DNA of 64,000 nucleotides from Octopus vulgaris (taxonomy: Eukaryota), in assembly GCA_951406725.2 (NCBI GenBank), contig OX597825.1:57784001-57848000 (forward strand), written 5' to 3'. Position 1 is the stretch's first letter, and each line of letters opens with the position of its first letter. Shown piece after piece: positions 12,200 through 24,551 of this stretch. The translations under genes were made by a program, and so were the position numbers. Under the pieces are notes generated by a model. It made no database searches and was not told where the DNA came from. It saw nothing but the letters and a program-made list of their open reading frames with translations.

Positions 12200-12650
12200 C
12201 AAAGAATAATCTCTAATTCGAGCCAACTCTAAGCTACTAAAAATGTGTGTGGCAACTTGAAGATCCACCCACCACACGCGATAGACTGGCGGTTGCATGG
12301 GCGCGAAAGCTACGTTGTTATCCTCATTCCGTAAACGGTGGCTTTTAACGGGTGGAGAGCTGAACCATCCTGGGGTACAGAGGATTCGCAATCTAGACTA
12401 GGGTCTTAAAGTTTACTACACCACAGTGGGTTACACCATGGTTCCTCTGCTTTGTGGCAGAAGTAGGAAGAAAGAGTGAGAGAATGTTGTGGTGAAAGAG
12501 TACAGCGGGGTTCCCCACCCTCTCCCGCCGGAGGCTCGTGGAGTATAAGTGTTTTGCTCAATAAACACTCCCAATGCCCGGACCGGGAATCGAAACCGTG
12601 TACTTACGACCGCGAGTCCACTGCCCTAACCACTGGGCCATTGCGTCTTC
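12200..12650 (-). mobile_element. tRNA-headed SINE (same head as 55735) with a distinct downstream body
   Basis: Minus strand has GAAGACGCAATGGCCCAGTGGTTAGGGCAGTGGACTCGCGGTCG..GGTTTCGATTCCC (A and B boxes). Homology to 55735 ends near 12465, so the 3' boundary is uncertain. Confidence 0.7.
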
Positions 12651-13306
12651 ACTCTGTTGTAGTCTGTCATCGCTGTCATCGTTGTTGCTTTTGTTGCTAC
12701 TGTCTTTTTATTGTTGTCGTCGTTGCAGTTGTTAATAAATTGCTGTTGTTGTTGTTGTTGCTGCTGTTGTTTTCTTTTAAAGACTATTCATTTGTTTTAA
12801 ACTTCATAAAGTCAAAATCGATGTCTTCATATAAACCATTGAGCCTGGAGAGTAGGGAGGGGAGTGAGGGAAAGGAGGAGTAGAAAGAGAAACGGAAAAG
12901 AGAAGATGTAACTGGCGCAACTGTAAACACGCTAGGTTAGATGCCTTGCGATATTTGTTCCAGCATTCGAGTTTCGAGTTCAAATCACACCTTGGCTGAC
13001 TATGGTGGTAAGCTTGATCCGTCATTCTGTTGAATATCACCACGTGGTAACTTCGGTAACTTTAGCAGAATCCACTCTGTTGCATGTATCCAGACTTGGT
13101 CCCTTGTTTGAGCATAACTTCCTCTCCTTCCCTCCCTATCCATACTAGGTATGGGTACCCTGCATTTGGTCATGATACTGTTTTTCCCCTCCTGACTGAA
13201 AAATAAATCAAATAAATAGATAAATAAAAATACTAGAAGCTTCCAATGAAGTTTCAAGGAACAAAACAGTTGTGATATTTTGATCAGACAAATTTATACA
13301 TATATA

Positions 13307-13370
<64 letters not shown>

Positions 13371-13373
<3 letters not shown>

Positions 13374-13615
13374 ATAAAACGGTAAGATAACAAAAGAAAG
13401 AAAGAGACCTCAATATTATGTAAATAGAGGAAATTTATCTATACAATATGTTACATTACTCGGTAGTCAAGATAAAACTCTGAGTTTCAGATGCCGAAGT
13501 GGAAATCCACAACACCATCTCTTCGGTTATCTGATAACCGAAGAGATGGTGTTGTGGATTTCCACTTCGGCATCTGAAACTCAGAGTTTTATCTTGACTA
13601 CCGAGTAATGTAACA

Positions 13616-13619
<4 letters not shown>
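13371..13619 (-). mobile_element. Penelope-like terminal fragment with a perfect inverted duplication
   Basis: Perfect arms 13445-13531 and 13533-13619; (TA)n on both sides; related sequence at 25580-25682. Confidence 0.8.
13533..13593 (+). ncRNA. Minimal type I hammerhead ribozyme variant (mirror copy on minus strand at 13471-13531)
   Basis: Stem I GATAA/TTATC; core CCGAAGA; stem II GATG..GTGGA-TT-TCCAC..CATC plus one extra T; GAA; stem III ACTC-A-GAGT; cleavage triplet GUU. Confidence 0.6.
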
Positions 13620-13681
<62 letters not shown>

Positions 13682-13689
13682 TACATATA

Positions 13690-13732
<43 letters not shown>

Positions 13733-13902
13733 TACATATATATATATGCATATATGTATATATACATATATATATATATACATACATATATATATACATA
13801 TACATATATATATAACGGGAAGCTTTATGAAAATAGACAAAAGACGAAGGCAGGTGGGAAACAAACAAACAATTGTATTATTATGGCGCTCAGGAAAACA
13901 AG

Positions 13903-13940
13903 TCTTTAACGTTTCGAGCCTACGCTCTTCAACAGAAAGA
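13903..13940 (-). ncRNA. Minimal hammerhead motif, variant core CTGTTGA
   Basis: TCTTT CTGTTGA A GAGC-GTAG-GCTC GAA ACGT T AAAGA on the minus strand. Confidence 0.65.
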
Positions 13941-14119
13941 TACACAGAGAGAAAAAAAACACAGAAAGAAGGAGAGAAAAAAAATGCGTGCAGTAACTAA
14001 CGAATCAACATGGCGATCTGATTTCGGCCAGAGGTCAAAGATCAAACATGAGACGCGAGAGCGAAATAAGGGGAGATAATAGGGTTGATAATAGGGTTGA
14101 ATGACCAGCTCCAACATGA

Positions 14120-14219
14120 GGGTGTGTGTGTGTGTATGAGAGAGTATTAGTGCGTATGAGAGGTCTGGACGTGTGTATGTATAGGGTTGGTGTATGTATT
14201 AGTATGTATTAGTATGTAT

Positions 14220-14262
<43 letters not shown>

Positions 14263-14625
14263 AGAGAGTATTAGTGCGTATGAGAGGTCTGGACGTGTGT
14301 ATGTATAGGGTTGGTGTATGTATTAGTATGTATTAGTATGTATTAGTACGTATTAGTATGTATAAGTGTGTGTGTGTGTGTGTGTATGAGAGAGTATAAG
14401 TGCGTATGAGAGGTCTGGACGTGTGTATGTATAGAGTTGGTTTATGTATTAGTATGTATTAGTATGTATTAGTACGTATTAGTATGTATAAGTGTGTGTG
14501 TGTGTGTGTATGAGAGAGTATAAGTGCGTATGAGAGGTCTGGACGTGTGTATGTATAGGGTTGGTGTATGTATTAGTATGTATTAGTACGTATTAGTATG
14601 TATTAGTTGGTGTATGTATTAGTAT
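14120..14625. repeat. Four ~125-bp tandem repeats inside the PLE 3' region
   Basis: TATGAGAGAGTA(T/A)TAGTGCGTATGAGAGGTCTGGACGTGTGTATGTATAG-type unit recurs near 14135, 14260, 14385 and 14510. Confidence 0.95.
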
Positions 14626-14631
14626 GGCACA

Positions 14632-15607
14632 TCATATATGATGTGATGTGTAAAGTCGTGTGGTGTAGTGTGGAGAGAGGATAAGAGGGGGAAGGGGAGG
14701 AGAGGGGGAGAGAGAGGAGGGGTAGAAGGAAGGGGGAGGAGGGGGAGGAAGGAGGAAAGAGGGAGAGGGGGAGAGAGAAGGGGAGTGAGGGAGCAGAGGG
14801 AAGGGGAAGAGGGAAGGAGGGAGGGAGAAAGAGGGAAGAAGGGAAGGGGAGTAGGGGTGAAAGGATGAAGGACTGAAGAAGTAGGGGTCGGGGGGAAAAG
14901 TAGATGAGGAGGGGGGGGAGTTGAGACCAAATGGCGTATAAGAGCGAAGAGAGAAGATCAATTCCTGTTCACGGCGCAAACGGGAATCCGGATGGCCTCT
15001 GTGTAAGGACAAACCGAACACAGATAGGTGTTGCAAGGAGTGACCGGTGGAGCAGAAATGGCGTGAGACCGGTGTGTCGTTCGCAAGGTGGATGTCACGA
15101 AGGTGTTCCGCGAACCGGTCAGCCAAGCGGCGTCCCGTTTGTCCGATGTACAAGGAATGGCAGAGAGAGCAAGAGACGCAATAGATAATATTGCTGGAGG
15201 TGCAGGTGAAGGAGTGGATGATGGGATAGGGTCGATGATGGGTGCTAGTGAGGAGGGTGGTGTTGGAGAGGTAAGGGCAAGTGCGGCAACGTGGGCGGGA
15301 GCAGGGGAACGAGCCGGGTTGGGAGGTAGGGTCAGGGAAGGAGCTATGGACCAAAAGGTCTCGAAGAATGGTGCGTTGGAGAGGTAGGGTCGTGGGGTGG
15401 TAAGTGAGGGGAAAAGGGAGGCGGGAGACTACAAGGCGGTTTCGGGGAGAGAGAGCAAATACACGGTCCACGGACCGTGCTCTGGCAAGGGCGGTGTGGA
15501 TAGTGGTGAGGGGGTATCCACGTAGGGTGAAGTGGTGAGCAATACGTTGAGACTGAGTCTCAAAGTCATGGTCGTCACTACAGAGCCTACGTAGACGGAG
15601 GAATTGG

Positions 15608-15609
<2 letters not shown>
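14632..15609 (-). pseudogene. PLE ORF C-terminus: RT thumb, Cys-rich linker and GIY-YIG endonuclease
   Basis: SQFLRLRRLCS..RGYP (thumb); PCSRPRCRTC (linker Zn motif); NIIYCVSCSLCHSLYIGQTGRRLADRFAEH..HF..H..RLRREQELIFSLRSYTPFGLN (GIY-YIG). No true start codon; homology ends near 14915. Confidence 0.92.
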
Positions 15610-15654
<45 letters not shown>

Positions 15655-15670
15655 TATACACACATATATA

Positions 15671-16075
15671 TTTGGTGTTATGTTGCTTCAGTGTTATTTA
15701 TTTTTTACATTAATCTTAATTTTATTTCGGCCAGAGTTCTTTCGTCACACTCCTGTGACCGCATCAGTGGTCCTTTGTTTTCTTCTTTCTTATTTGTGTC
15801 TAACTGTCAGCCATTTTGTATTTCTATTGTATGTCTTCATTTGCGCATGCTTATATCTCTATGTGCGTCTATGTTTATTTAGTGTGTGTATGTGCGGGGA
15901 TGCCTGTAATATTTGTATCTTCTGTTTATATACGTTCATGTAATTTGTATTTTGTTTTTGTTGTTGTTGTTTTTGTTTATTCTTATTTTGTTCATGTGCT
16001 TACATCCACTTATTATTATCATTACATATGCTTGTTTTTATTGGCTAAACTGGCAATATGACCATTCCGAAATAT

Positions 16076-16123
<48 letters not shown>

Positions 16124-16180
16124 TATTTGGTGTTGTGTTGCTTCAGTGTTATTTATTTTTTACATTAATCTTAATCTTAT
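15671..16180 (-). mobile_element. PLE pseudo-LTR remnant of a different family, with a repeated end
   Basis: TTTGGTGTT(A/G)TGTTGCTTCAGTGTTATTTATTTTTTACATTAATCTTAAT at 15671 and again near 16127, each abutting (TA)n; contains a hammerhead motif. Confidence 0.7.
15729..15773 (-). ncRNA. Minimal hammerhead motif, variant core CTGATGC
   Basis: GGACCA CTGATGC G GTCACA-GGAG-TGTGAC GAA AG-AA-CT C TGGCC on the minus strand. Confidence 0.6.
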
Positions 16181-16984
16181 GTATGTGTGTATGCATGTGT
16201 GCATGCGTGTGTACATGTGTGTGTGTGTGTAAATCTGTTATGTGCAACATAAACAGTGTTTAGGTTAGCATAGCCATCTGCCTATTGTACGTAATGCAAA
16301 TGCATTGCAAAATGGCGAATTAACTACGGATATAGCACCTCTTATGGATGTACTAAAAAACACAAATACATCAGCAGCAGCAGACAAAAGTTGTTCAATA
16401 GTGACGGAGAGCATAATAGATACTCATTTCATCCACGTTGGGCTTTCTTATTGCCAATCACATGCTGAAACAAAATCCGTCGCTTGTGTCATAGAAAAAA
16501 CGAACATAGCATTATGACCACCGCTGCTGGGTGGCTTTGTTACTGAAAGATTTTTGTTCTATTTAACAAAGTACGTTCACAAGAGATATTATCTACGGAT
16601 GAATGTCGCACTTAAGGTACCTTTTCATCATATATTTGCATTAAGTATGATACACTAATGGCTATTTTAATCTAATACTGCTTCTGATGTATACAGCGAC
16701 TTTTCATTCCGAACAGATGGTAAGCGTAACGCCAGTGATTTTTCAATCACAATTTTCCTTTCTGTCTGTCTGTATACATAAATATGCAAATATATGCAAA
16801 TATATGTGTATTATGAATATATGTATATAACTGTATATCTAAGTATGTGTGTGCGTATGCATGTATTTGTGTATGTGTGTGTGCGTGTGTGTGTATATAT
16901 ATATATATATATATTTACATATATATATATATATATACACACCTCTTTATATATATGTATATGTGTGTGTGTCTGTGTCTGTGT

Positions 16985-17068
<84 letters not shown>

Positions 17069-17689
17069 ATACCTTTATGTATATGAACGGAACGGATATT
17101 GTTGCTAGATTTATAGTTGCTTCAATCAAAAGAAACAACCTTTTTCCAAAGAGAATATATTTATTTATTCTAACTTCAAACCAAATCATGAAGGAAATGC
17201 AACTTACTGTCGCTGTATTACCATGAAATGAAACCCGATGCAACAGTGAGAAATGATTCTGAAATGAGTTGGTCTATTACCTCTGCATAATTTGTTACGA
17301 ATCATGGATGACGCAGCTCAGACAATCTGTTCTGTGCTTAACATTTCCTCTGTGTGAATATGAGCATCACTAATGACTAAGACAGGCAGTATAAGGTGTT
17401 ACAATCACATCATAACACTTCAAATAAACTAATGTAAATTGTGTTGTTTAGAATATTGCCGCTATGGAAAAGGTGAGCTGCCGGCAAGGCAACCGAGACA
17501 GCAATTCGGTTTCAGTTCACGCTCGAAGTCAAATCACTTCACTCGTATCATAATGTGTCCCTGGAGAAGGCATGAACACCACAGTATATCACGTTATCCG
17601 TTCTTAGAATAGCGAAAAGTGTTTTTCTTTTTGTCTTTGCAAAACGCAAACCCAGTAGTCTTGGGGCTGGGTGTAATGGCAGAAATGAA

Positions 17690-18110
17690 AGGATGCGGGA
17701 TTTGATAGAACCTCATAGCTTTTACTTGCTTCAGTCATTGAACTGCAGGCATGCTCGAGCACCGCTTTGAAGGCTTTAGCTGCACAAATGGACCCCAATA
17801 CTATTTTTGTAAGCTTGGTACGTATTTTAACGGTCCCTTTTGCCGAACCGCTAGTGTTACGGAAATGTGGGCAAACCAACAGCAGTTGTCAAGCGGTGGT
17901 GAGAGACATACAAACACCCACACACAGACAGACACACTCACAGCACAAACATGGACACACACACATGCACCCAATATACACACACATATATATCAGTTTC
18001 CGCCACGAGGCTTGGGGCAAATCATGTGTAGAAGACACATGCCCAAGATGCCAGTCAGGGTCTGAACTCACAAAAAACCAAGTGGTTGGGAAGTAAACAT
18101 CTTACGACTC
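17690..18110 (-). mobile_element. Degenerate bipartite CORE-like SINE
   Basis: Homologous to 53429-53833. Confidence 0.75.
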
Positions 18111-18135
18111 ACAAATTTTCAGTTCTAACGTTTCT

Positions 18136-18367
18136 TATTTATATATTGCCCACAAGGGACTAAACATAGAGGGGACAAACAAGGACAGACAAAGGGATTA
18201 AGTCGATTACATCAACCCCAGTGCGTAACTGGTACTTTATTTTTCGACCCCGAAAGGATGAAAGGCAAAGTCGACCTCGGCGGAATTTCAACTCAGAACG
18301 TAACGGCAGACGAAATACTGCTAAGCATTTCGCCCGGCGCTCTAACGCTTTTGCCAGCTCACCGCCT
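18136..18367 (-). mobile_element. Full-length Meta-like SINE (GCCCACAAGGG-tail subtype) with 10-bp TSD
   Basis: TAACGTTTCT at 18126-18135 and 18368-18377. Confidence 0.92.
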
Positions 18368-18416
18368 TAACGTTTCTGAGTTCATTTATTACTTGAGACA
18401 CTAACATTAGCACCCA

Positions 18417-18485
<69 letters not shown>

Positions 18486-18546
18486 GTCTATCTGTCTATC
18501 TATCTATCTATCTATCTATCTGTCTGTCTATCTATCTATCTGTCTG

Positions 18547-18589
<43 letters not shown>

Positions 18590-18654
18590 GTCTGTCTATC
18601 TATCTATCTGTCTGTCTATCTATCTATCTATCTATCTGTCTATCTATCTGTCTG

Positions 18655-18717
<63 letters not shown>

Positions 18718-18752
18718 GTCTATCTATCTGTCTGTCTGTCTATCTATCAGTA

Positions 18753-18804
<52 letters not shown>

Positions 18805-18825
18805 AATCTACCTATCTGTGTGTGT

Positions 18826-18870
<45 letters not shown>
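18417..18870. repeat. (TATC)n/(TGTC)n/(TG)n microsatellite
   Basis: Direct observation. Confidence 0.97.
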
Positions 18871-18872
<2 letters not shown>

Positions 18873-19689
18873 CACGCACGCTTATGTTGTGAACGAGTTG
18901 TATGAGTCGTACTTCATTTAAAGATCGTTTAATAATACGTTTCAGTTGCTATATGACTTAACTTTCATCTTACTTTTGTCCATTTGCTGGCTCCATCTTA
19001 AATTTTGAGTTGACCGATAGGAAGAAACTTTCTGCATCATTCAGTGACGGTTAACTTCCTTTAGGAATAATGGATATCTCACCGCTAAGACAGATAGTGC
19101 TTCAATAATCAGATGGCGTTTTACATATTTGAAAATTTGTCTTATGACAGATTTGAAGCGTAAACTGTTAATATAAACTAGCAGGAATCGTGAATATTTC
19201 ACAAAATTAATTATTGGTTTATTTCTGAAAGCTTTATCCAAAAACCAGAAAACGTAGCCTGTGATGTGTCAGTATCAAAAGATAGTCGCTCATCTGCTAC
19301 TCATTGAAAAGTGGAGGAAATTAGAATATGATGATTGCTTAATGCATTTTATTTTTCACTTTATGTACTTAATGCACAATTTTATAGACTTAATACACAA
19401 CACTCTCCCTTCCGCACTTCGCCTTACCTTATTTTTCTCTTTCCTTTTTCTCTCGCTCTTCACCTTTCTCTTCAACTAATCACGTGAAAGATTTACAGAC
19501 GGGCTAAGTAACGGAGGGAAAAACTTAGTTAAAAAAAAAGTTACATATTTCATTCTCCACCAAAGCCTCGATAGTGGATTTGGTAGACGGAAACTGAGAG
19601 ACGCCCACCACACGCATATATTTGTGTATGTATGATGAGTGTGTCAATGTGTGTGTATCTGTGTTTGTGATACACACACACATTGACCT

Positions 19690-19945
19690 TCATTTTGGGA
19701 TCACTAGTACTTTATTATCTCCCCTTCTTCCTCGCTGCCCTGTCCAACTACCTTTTCCCAACCAGTCGCCATTAATGACCTCTGAAATCTACAATTTTTT
19801 CATTCTCTGTTTATTTTCTCTTAACCCTTTCTATGGAAGAGCGTAGGCTCGAAACGTAAAAGACTTTCTCACTTTCCCGGGCGTCAAACTAATACACCTA
19901 CTTGTTTATACACCTGTCTTCGTCTTTTGCTTTTCTGTAGATTTC

Positions 19946-19950
<5 letters not shown>
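19690..19950 (+). mobile_element. PLE terminal remnant with a degenerate hammerhead (19827-19862)
   Basis: CTTT CTATGGA A GAGC-GTAG-GCTC GAA ACGT A AAAG; downstream CACCTGTCTTCGTCTTTTG matches the 13815 terminus; ends in (TA)n. Confidence 0.75.
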
Positions 19951-19979
<29 letters not shown>

Positions 19980-20157
19980 GTGTGTGTATACATATATATA
20001 CATATAGGTGTGTGTATATGTGAGTGTGTATGTGCGCGTGCGTGTAACAAGACTAATTGGCGGAGTCATAGAGCACTGGATAGAATGTCCTGAGGGTCTT
20101 TGCACCAATTGTACAGTGCGCTAAGTTCAAACCTCACTGACGTTACCTTATACTCTA

Positions 20158-20323
20158 TAGGTGCAGGCGTGACTGTGTTGTAAGAAGTTTGCTTCCCATC
20201 CACGTTGTTACAGGTTCAGTACCACTGCGTGATACCTCAGACAAATGTCTTCTACTCTTGCCTCTGATCGCCCGAAGACTTGTGAGTGAATTTGGTGGGC
20301 GGAAACTTTAAAAAAACCCGTCT

Positions 20324-20325
<2 letters not shown>
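20158..20325 (+). mobile_element. Head half of a CORE-like SINE
   Basis: GGTGCAGGCGTGACTGTGTTGTAAG..GGTTCAGTACCAC; homologous to 52670. Confidence 0.75.
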
Positions 20326-20355
<30 letters not shown>

Positions 20356-21281
20356 TGTATGTATGTATGTATGTATGTATGTATGCATGTATGTATGTAT
20401 GTATGTATGTATGTATGTATGTATGTATGAATGTATGTATGTATGCATGTATGTATGCATGCATGTATGTATGTATGTATGTATGTATGTATGTATGTAC
20501 GTATGAATGTATACAAGCACACGCGCACTCATACAACCACAGGAATCTGGCGGATTTTGTTTCTGTCAATTTAAATTCACTCATAAGTTTCTCCAAGAGT
20601 TGGCATATGATTAGAGACGATCCAGCCATGAACATCTCATCAGTGTGTGTGTTGTTTTTATTCTACATATGTAGAACTAGATTTTTCAGTATTATGTGTC
20701 GTTCTTCCGTTATGCAGTATGTGATTTGTAGAATATCTGTGCAAATGCAAGCTGTAACCAATGAACAATGAAGACGACGACGACGACGACGACGATGATG
20801 ATGATGATGGTAGCTGCTATTTCTAGACGATCATGCAATCACATAGGCATTTCGCTCGCTGGTTCTGAAACACATTTCAAAGAAATCTCTTAAAGAACAC
20901 GGAGACCAATGTTCTAGAAAAGTGTTTCCTACTATAAGTCATGTCTGTGCCTATCTGAAGTAAATCATCCATTCTGTATTCCTCACCAAACCTGTTCTAG
21001 GCGCCTTACGGTATATTTAACTACAACATATCAGTTTTCGAAACAATATATATATTCCTTCAAAAATAACGCATTACAAATTACTCATTTCCGAGCCTGA
21101 TTCAAAGAAGACTCATCACAGATTCTGTATAATTCAACATGACTAATTAAACAACATATGAACTAATGCAAGTAATACTTCATGTCTTCCTGTGTGGTGA
21201 TAGTGGGTCTAGTGGTGGTGGTGGTTGTGGTGGTGGTGGTGGTTGTGGCGGCGGCGGTAGTGTGGCGGTGCGTGCATGCTT

Positions 21282-21318
<37 letters not shown>

Positions 21319-21492
21319 TACACACACACAAACAAACACTTGACTATATAATTTCTTGTTCCCTTACTTATGTAATCCGTGATATATATATATTACATTT
21401 ATATATGAATGTATGTATGCACGTATGTATGGATATGCATAGACACATATATATATCCATGCATATATACATATATATACATATATATTTAT

Positions 21493-21580
<88 letters not shown>

Positions 21581-21584
<4 letters not shown>

Positions 21585-21778
21585 ATCCAACAAGAAAGCA
21601 CAAAAAAACACAACAACGCGAGGACGTGGAACAAATATAGTATTATTGGACGCTCAAGAAAGAAGGAAAGAAGGAAAGAAGGAGGATTTAACGTTTCGAG
21701 CGGAGCTCTTCGTCGGAAACATAGGAGAAGGAAAGATCCAGAGAAGAGAAGACAGAGGAAAAAAATCGCCAACGGTAC
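21581..21778 (-). mobile_element. PLE pseudo-LTR remnant with hammerhead (21686-21720)
   Basis: Minus strand GTTT CCGACGA A GAGC-TCC-GCTC GAA ACGT T AAAT; embedded in (TA)n. Confidence 0.75.
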
Positions 21779-21891
21779 ATATATATATGTGTGTGTGTGT
21801 ATATATTCATACATATACATAAATATGGATACATGTATATAGACATATCTATGTATGTATGTATATAAGTTTATATTCATACATACATACA

Positions 21892-21930
<39 letters not shown>

Positions 21931-22003
21931 ATATAAATATATGTATATATATATATACACACATAAATGTGTATGTAGGTGTTAATGTATGTATATACAT
22001 CCG

Positions 22004-22047
<44 letters not shown>

Positions 22048-22478
22048 CACGCACACACACACCACAAACACACACACACACACACAGATCAGTTCTCCGC
22101 TGGTTTCGATGATAAAGATTCAACTGTTTGACCAACTGGATTACCTGCTAATTGAATTAGAATATAAATGGCTCAGAATACCACACAAAAACGTATATCT
22201 CTAGCAGAATTATCCGGCAGAACTATAAGTAAAATCCAATTGACAGGCTTCTATTTAGCTTCCATCTGTCTAGTTGCCCCGCCAAAGTTTGGTTCACCCG
22301 AACAGCCTATGGGAAATTACATTTGCCCAAGATGTCATGCAGTAGGATCGAACACAAGTCCTCTCTGTTGTAAAGCGAACTTATTAACCACTCGGACGTA
22401 CTGCCCGCGCACGTACACACACGTGTTTGTGTATCTGTTAAGATACATAATATATGTCTATATCTACCTATATATCTG

Positions 22479-22588
<110 letters not shown>

Positions 22589-22990
22589 CCTGTCTGTCTG
22601 TCTGTCTATCTATCTATCTCTCAATCTAACTGTTTGTCTGTCTGTGTATCTATCTATCTATAAGTAGATGGATGGATATATTTGTGTGTATGTGTGTTTG
22701 TGAGCGTTTTTGTGTATGTGTGTGTATGTGTGGAGAATGAGGAAAAAAGAGAGAGAAAGGACATGTTTCTCAACGCCCGAGGGCAAGAATTCCTTTTACA
22801 CAGCCACCTAAATTAACAAATTTTGCCCTCCTTCACACCTACTACTGAGTACGACTGTTCGCCTCCGCTTTCTGTCCTCTCTCTCCTTCTCTCCCTCTCT
22901 TTCCCATCTCTTTCCCCTCTCTCTCCCTCTGTCTGTCTGTCTCTCTGTGCAGTGTGTCTGTCTCTGTATACACGCACCTTTACATATATA

Positions 22991-24231
22991 TCAGGTCATC
23001 CCATAAGTTCTGTCCGAATTTTGAATAAAGAAAACAAGTGATTAAATGTTATATTTAATTGAAATTTAATCATCAATGTACTTTCCCTGATTGTCTATGA
23101 CTTACTTTCATCTATTTGCAAGCTTTTTAATCCCATCAATGTAAAACTCAGTTTCGACCACCTCCTGGCTTGCGAAACTTATGTCCCCAAATGATTCTGT
23201 AAACTACGAAACAAATGGTAGTGTGAAGGAGCAAGGTCGGGAGAATAAGGTGGATGAGGAATTTTTTCCCAACCAAGCTTTTCGAATTTCTGTGATGTGA
23301 TCTTTGCAGTGTGGGGTCGCGATTTGTCCTGATGAAACATCACTCCTTTTCGATTCACTAAAGCAGTTCTTTTTTTCTTCAAAGCTTGATTCAAACGCTC
23401 TTATTGCTGAAAGTAGACTTGAACATTGATTGTTGCATTAGGTAGTAACAATTCAAAGTGAATTACTCCTTTGAAATCCTACCAGATAGAGAGAAGAACC
23501 TTTTTTCCATGAAGTTCCCTTCTCGGTTGTGGTTGAGCTTTTCCCTACTGTTTACGACGTTTAACATTTCGATAGAAGATCCATTTTCCGTCAGCAGTCA
23601 CAAGTCTATCCAAAATGGGTGAAATCGGTTCGCGAGAATGGAGAGAAGAGCAGATGTCGACTCGGGATTTGCGGTTGCTTTCGGAGAATTCATGAGGCAC
23701 CCATTTTCCAAGTTTAGGAACCTTTCCAAGTTGTTGAAGATGATGATGAACAGTTGTATGATTTGAACTAAGCTTTATTGCCAATTCTTCAACTGATAAT
23801 GCAGGATTTTATTCAAATAATGCCCCAAGGAGCTTACCATCTAAGTCAACTGGACGTCCAGTTCGATCTTCCTTTTCAAGGCTGAAATCTCCACTTCTGA
23901 ATTTTGCAAACCATCTTCTGCAAATTCTTTCATTCAAGTATTCTTGGCCATAAACTGAGTGTATGTTTCGAGTTGCTTCGGTTGCAGAGTTTTCTTTTTT
24001 GTACTCATAAAGCATTATGTGCCTCAAATGCTCTTTGGATACTTCCATGTTAGAAAGGGTTTTAATCAAAGAAATTTTAATTCTATTATTCTGTAAAATA
24101 ATATTTAATTAGTTTAAATGTACGCAAATGCATAAAAATAATTTTTAATTCCATTAGACATTCTAAAATACTATTAAATTTCATTAAATTTTAAAAAGAT
24201 AAAATCGGACAGAACTTATGGAATGGCCTGA
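22991..24231 (-). mobile_element. Full-length mariner transposon (decayed)
   Basis: Imperfect TIRs TCAGGTCATCCCATAAGTTCTGTCCGA / TCGGACAGAACTTATGGAATGGCCTGA, TA flanks, ~1.24 kb. Confidence 0.95.
23066..24048 (-). pseudogene. Mariner DD34D transposase pseudogene
   Basis: MEVSKEHLRHIMLYEYKK HTH, WVPHE, VTADGKW, HQDKSRPH and YSPDLAPSHYHLF motifs, split by stops and frameshifts. Confidence 0.95.
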
Positions 24232-24260
24232 TATCTATGTATGTATACACACACACACAC

Positions 24261-24291
<31 letters not shown>

Positions 24292-24423
24292 TGTATGTAT
24301 GTATGTATGTATGTATGTATGTATGTATGTATGTATATATATATATATATGTATATATATATACATACATATACGTGCATACATACATATATACATATAT
24401 ATATATAAATGTATATATGTATG

Positions 24424-24551
<128 letters not shown>

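Larger units (their letters stand above)
13815..15609 (-). mobile_element. 5'-truncated Neptune-type Penelope-like retroelement
   Basis: Contains an RT-thumb/linker/GIY-YIG ORF, a pyrimidine tract, tandem repeats and a hammerhead-bearing terminus; (TA)n on both sides. Confidence 0.9.

Noticed and set aside
16305-16517. 70-aa ORF in unique sequence
   Set aside because: Non-ATG start, no homology recognised and no clear exon boundaries.
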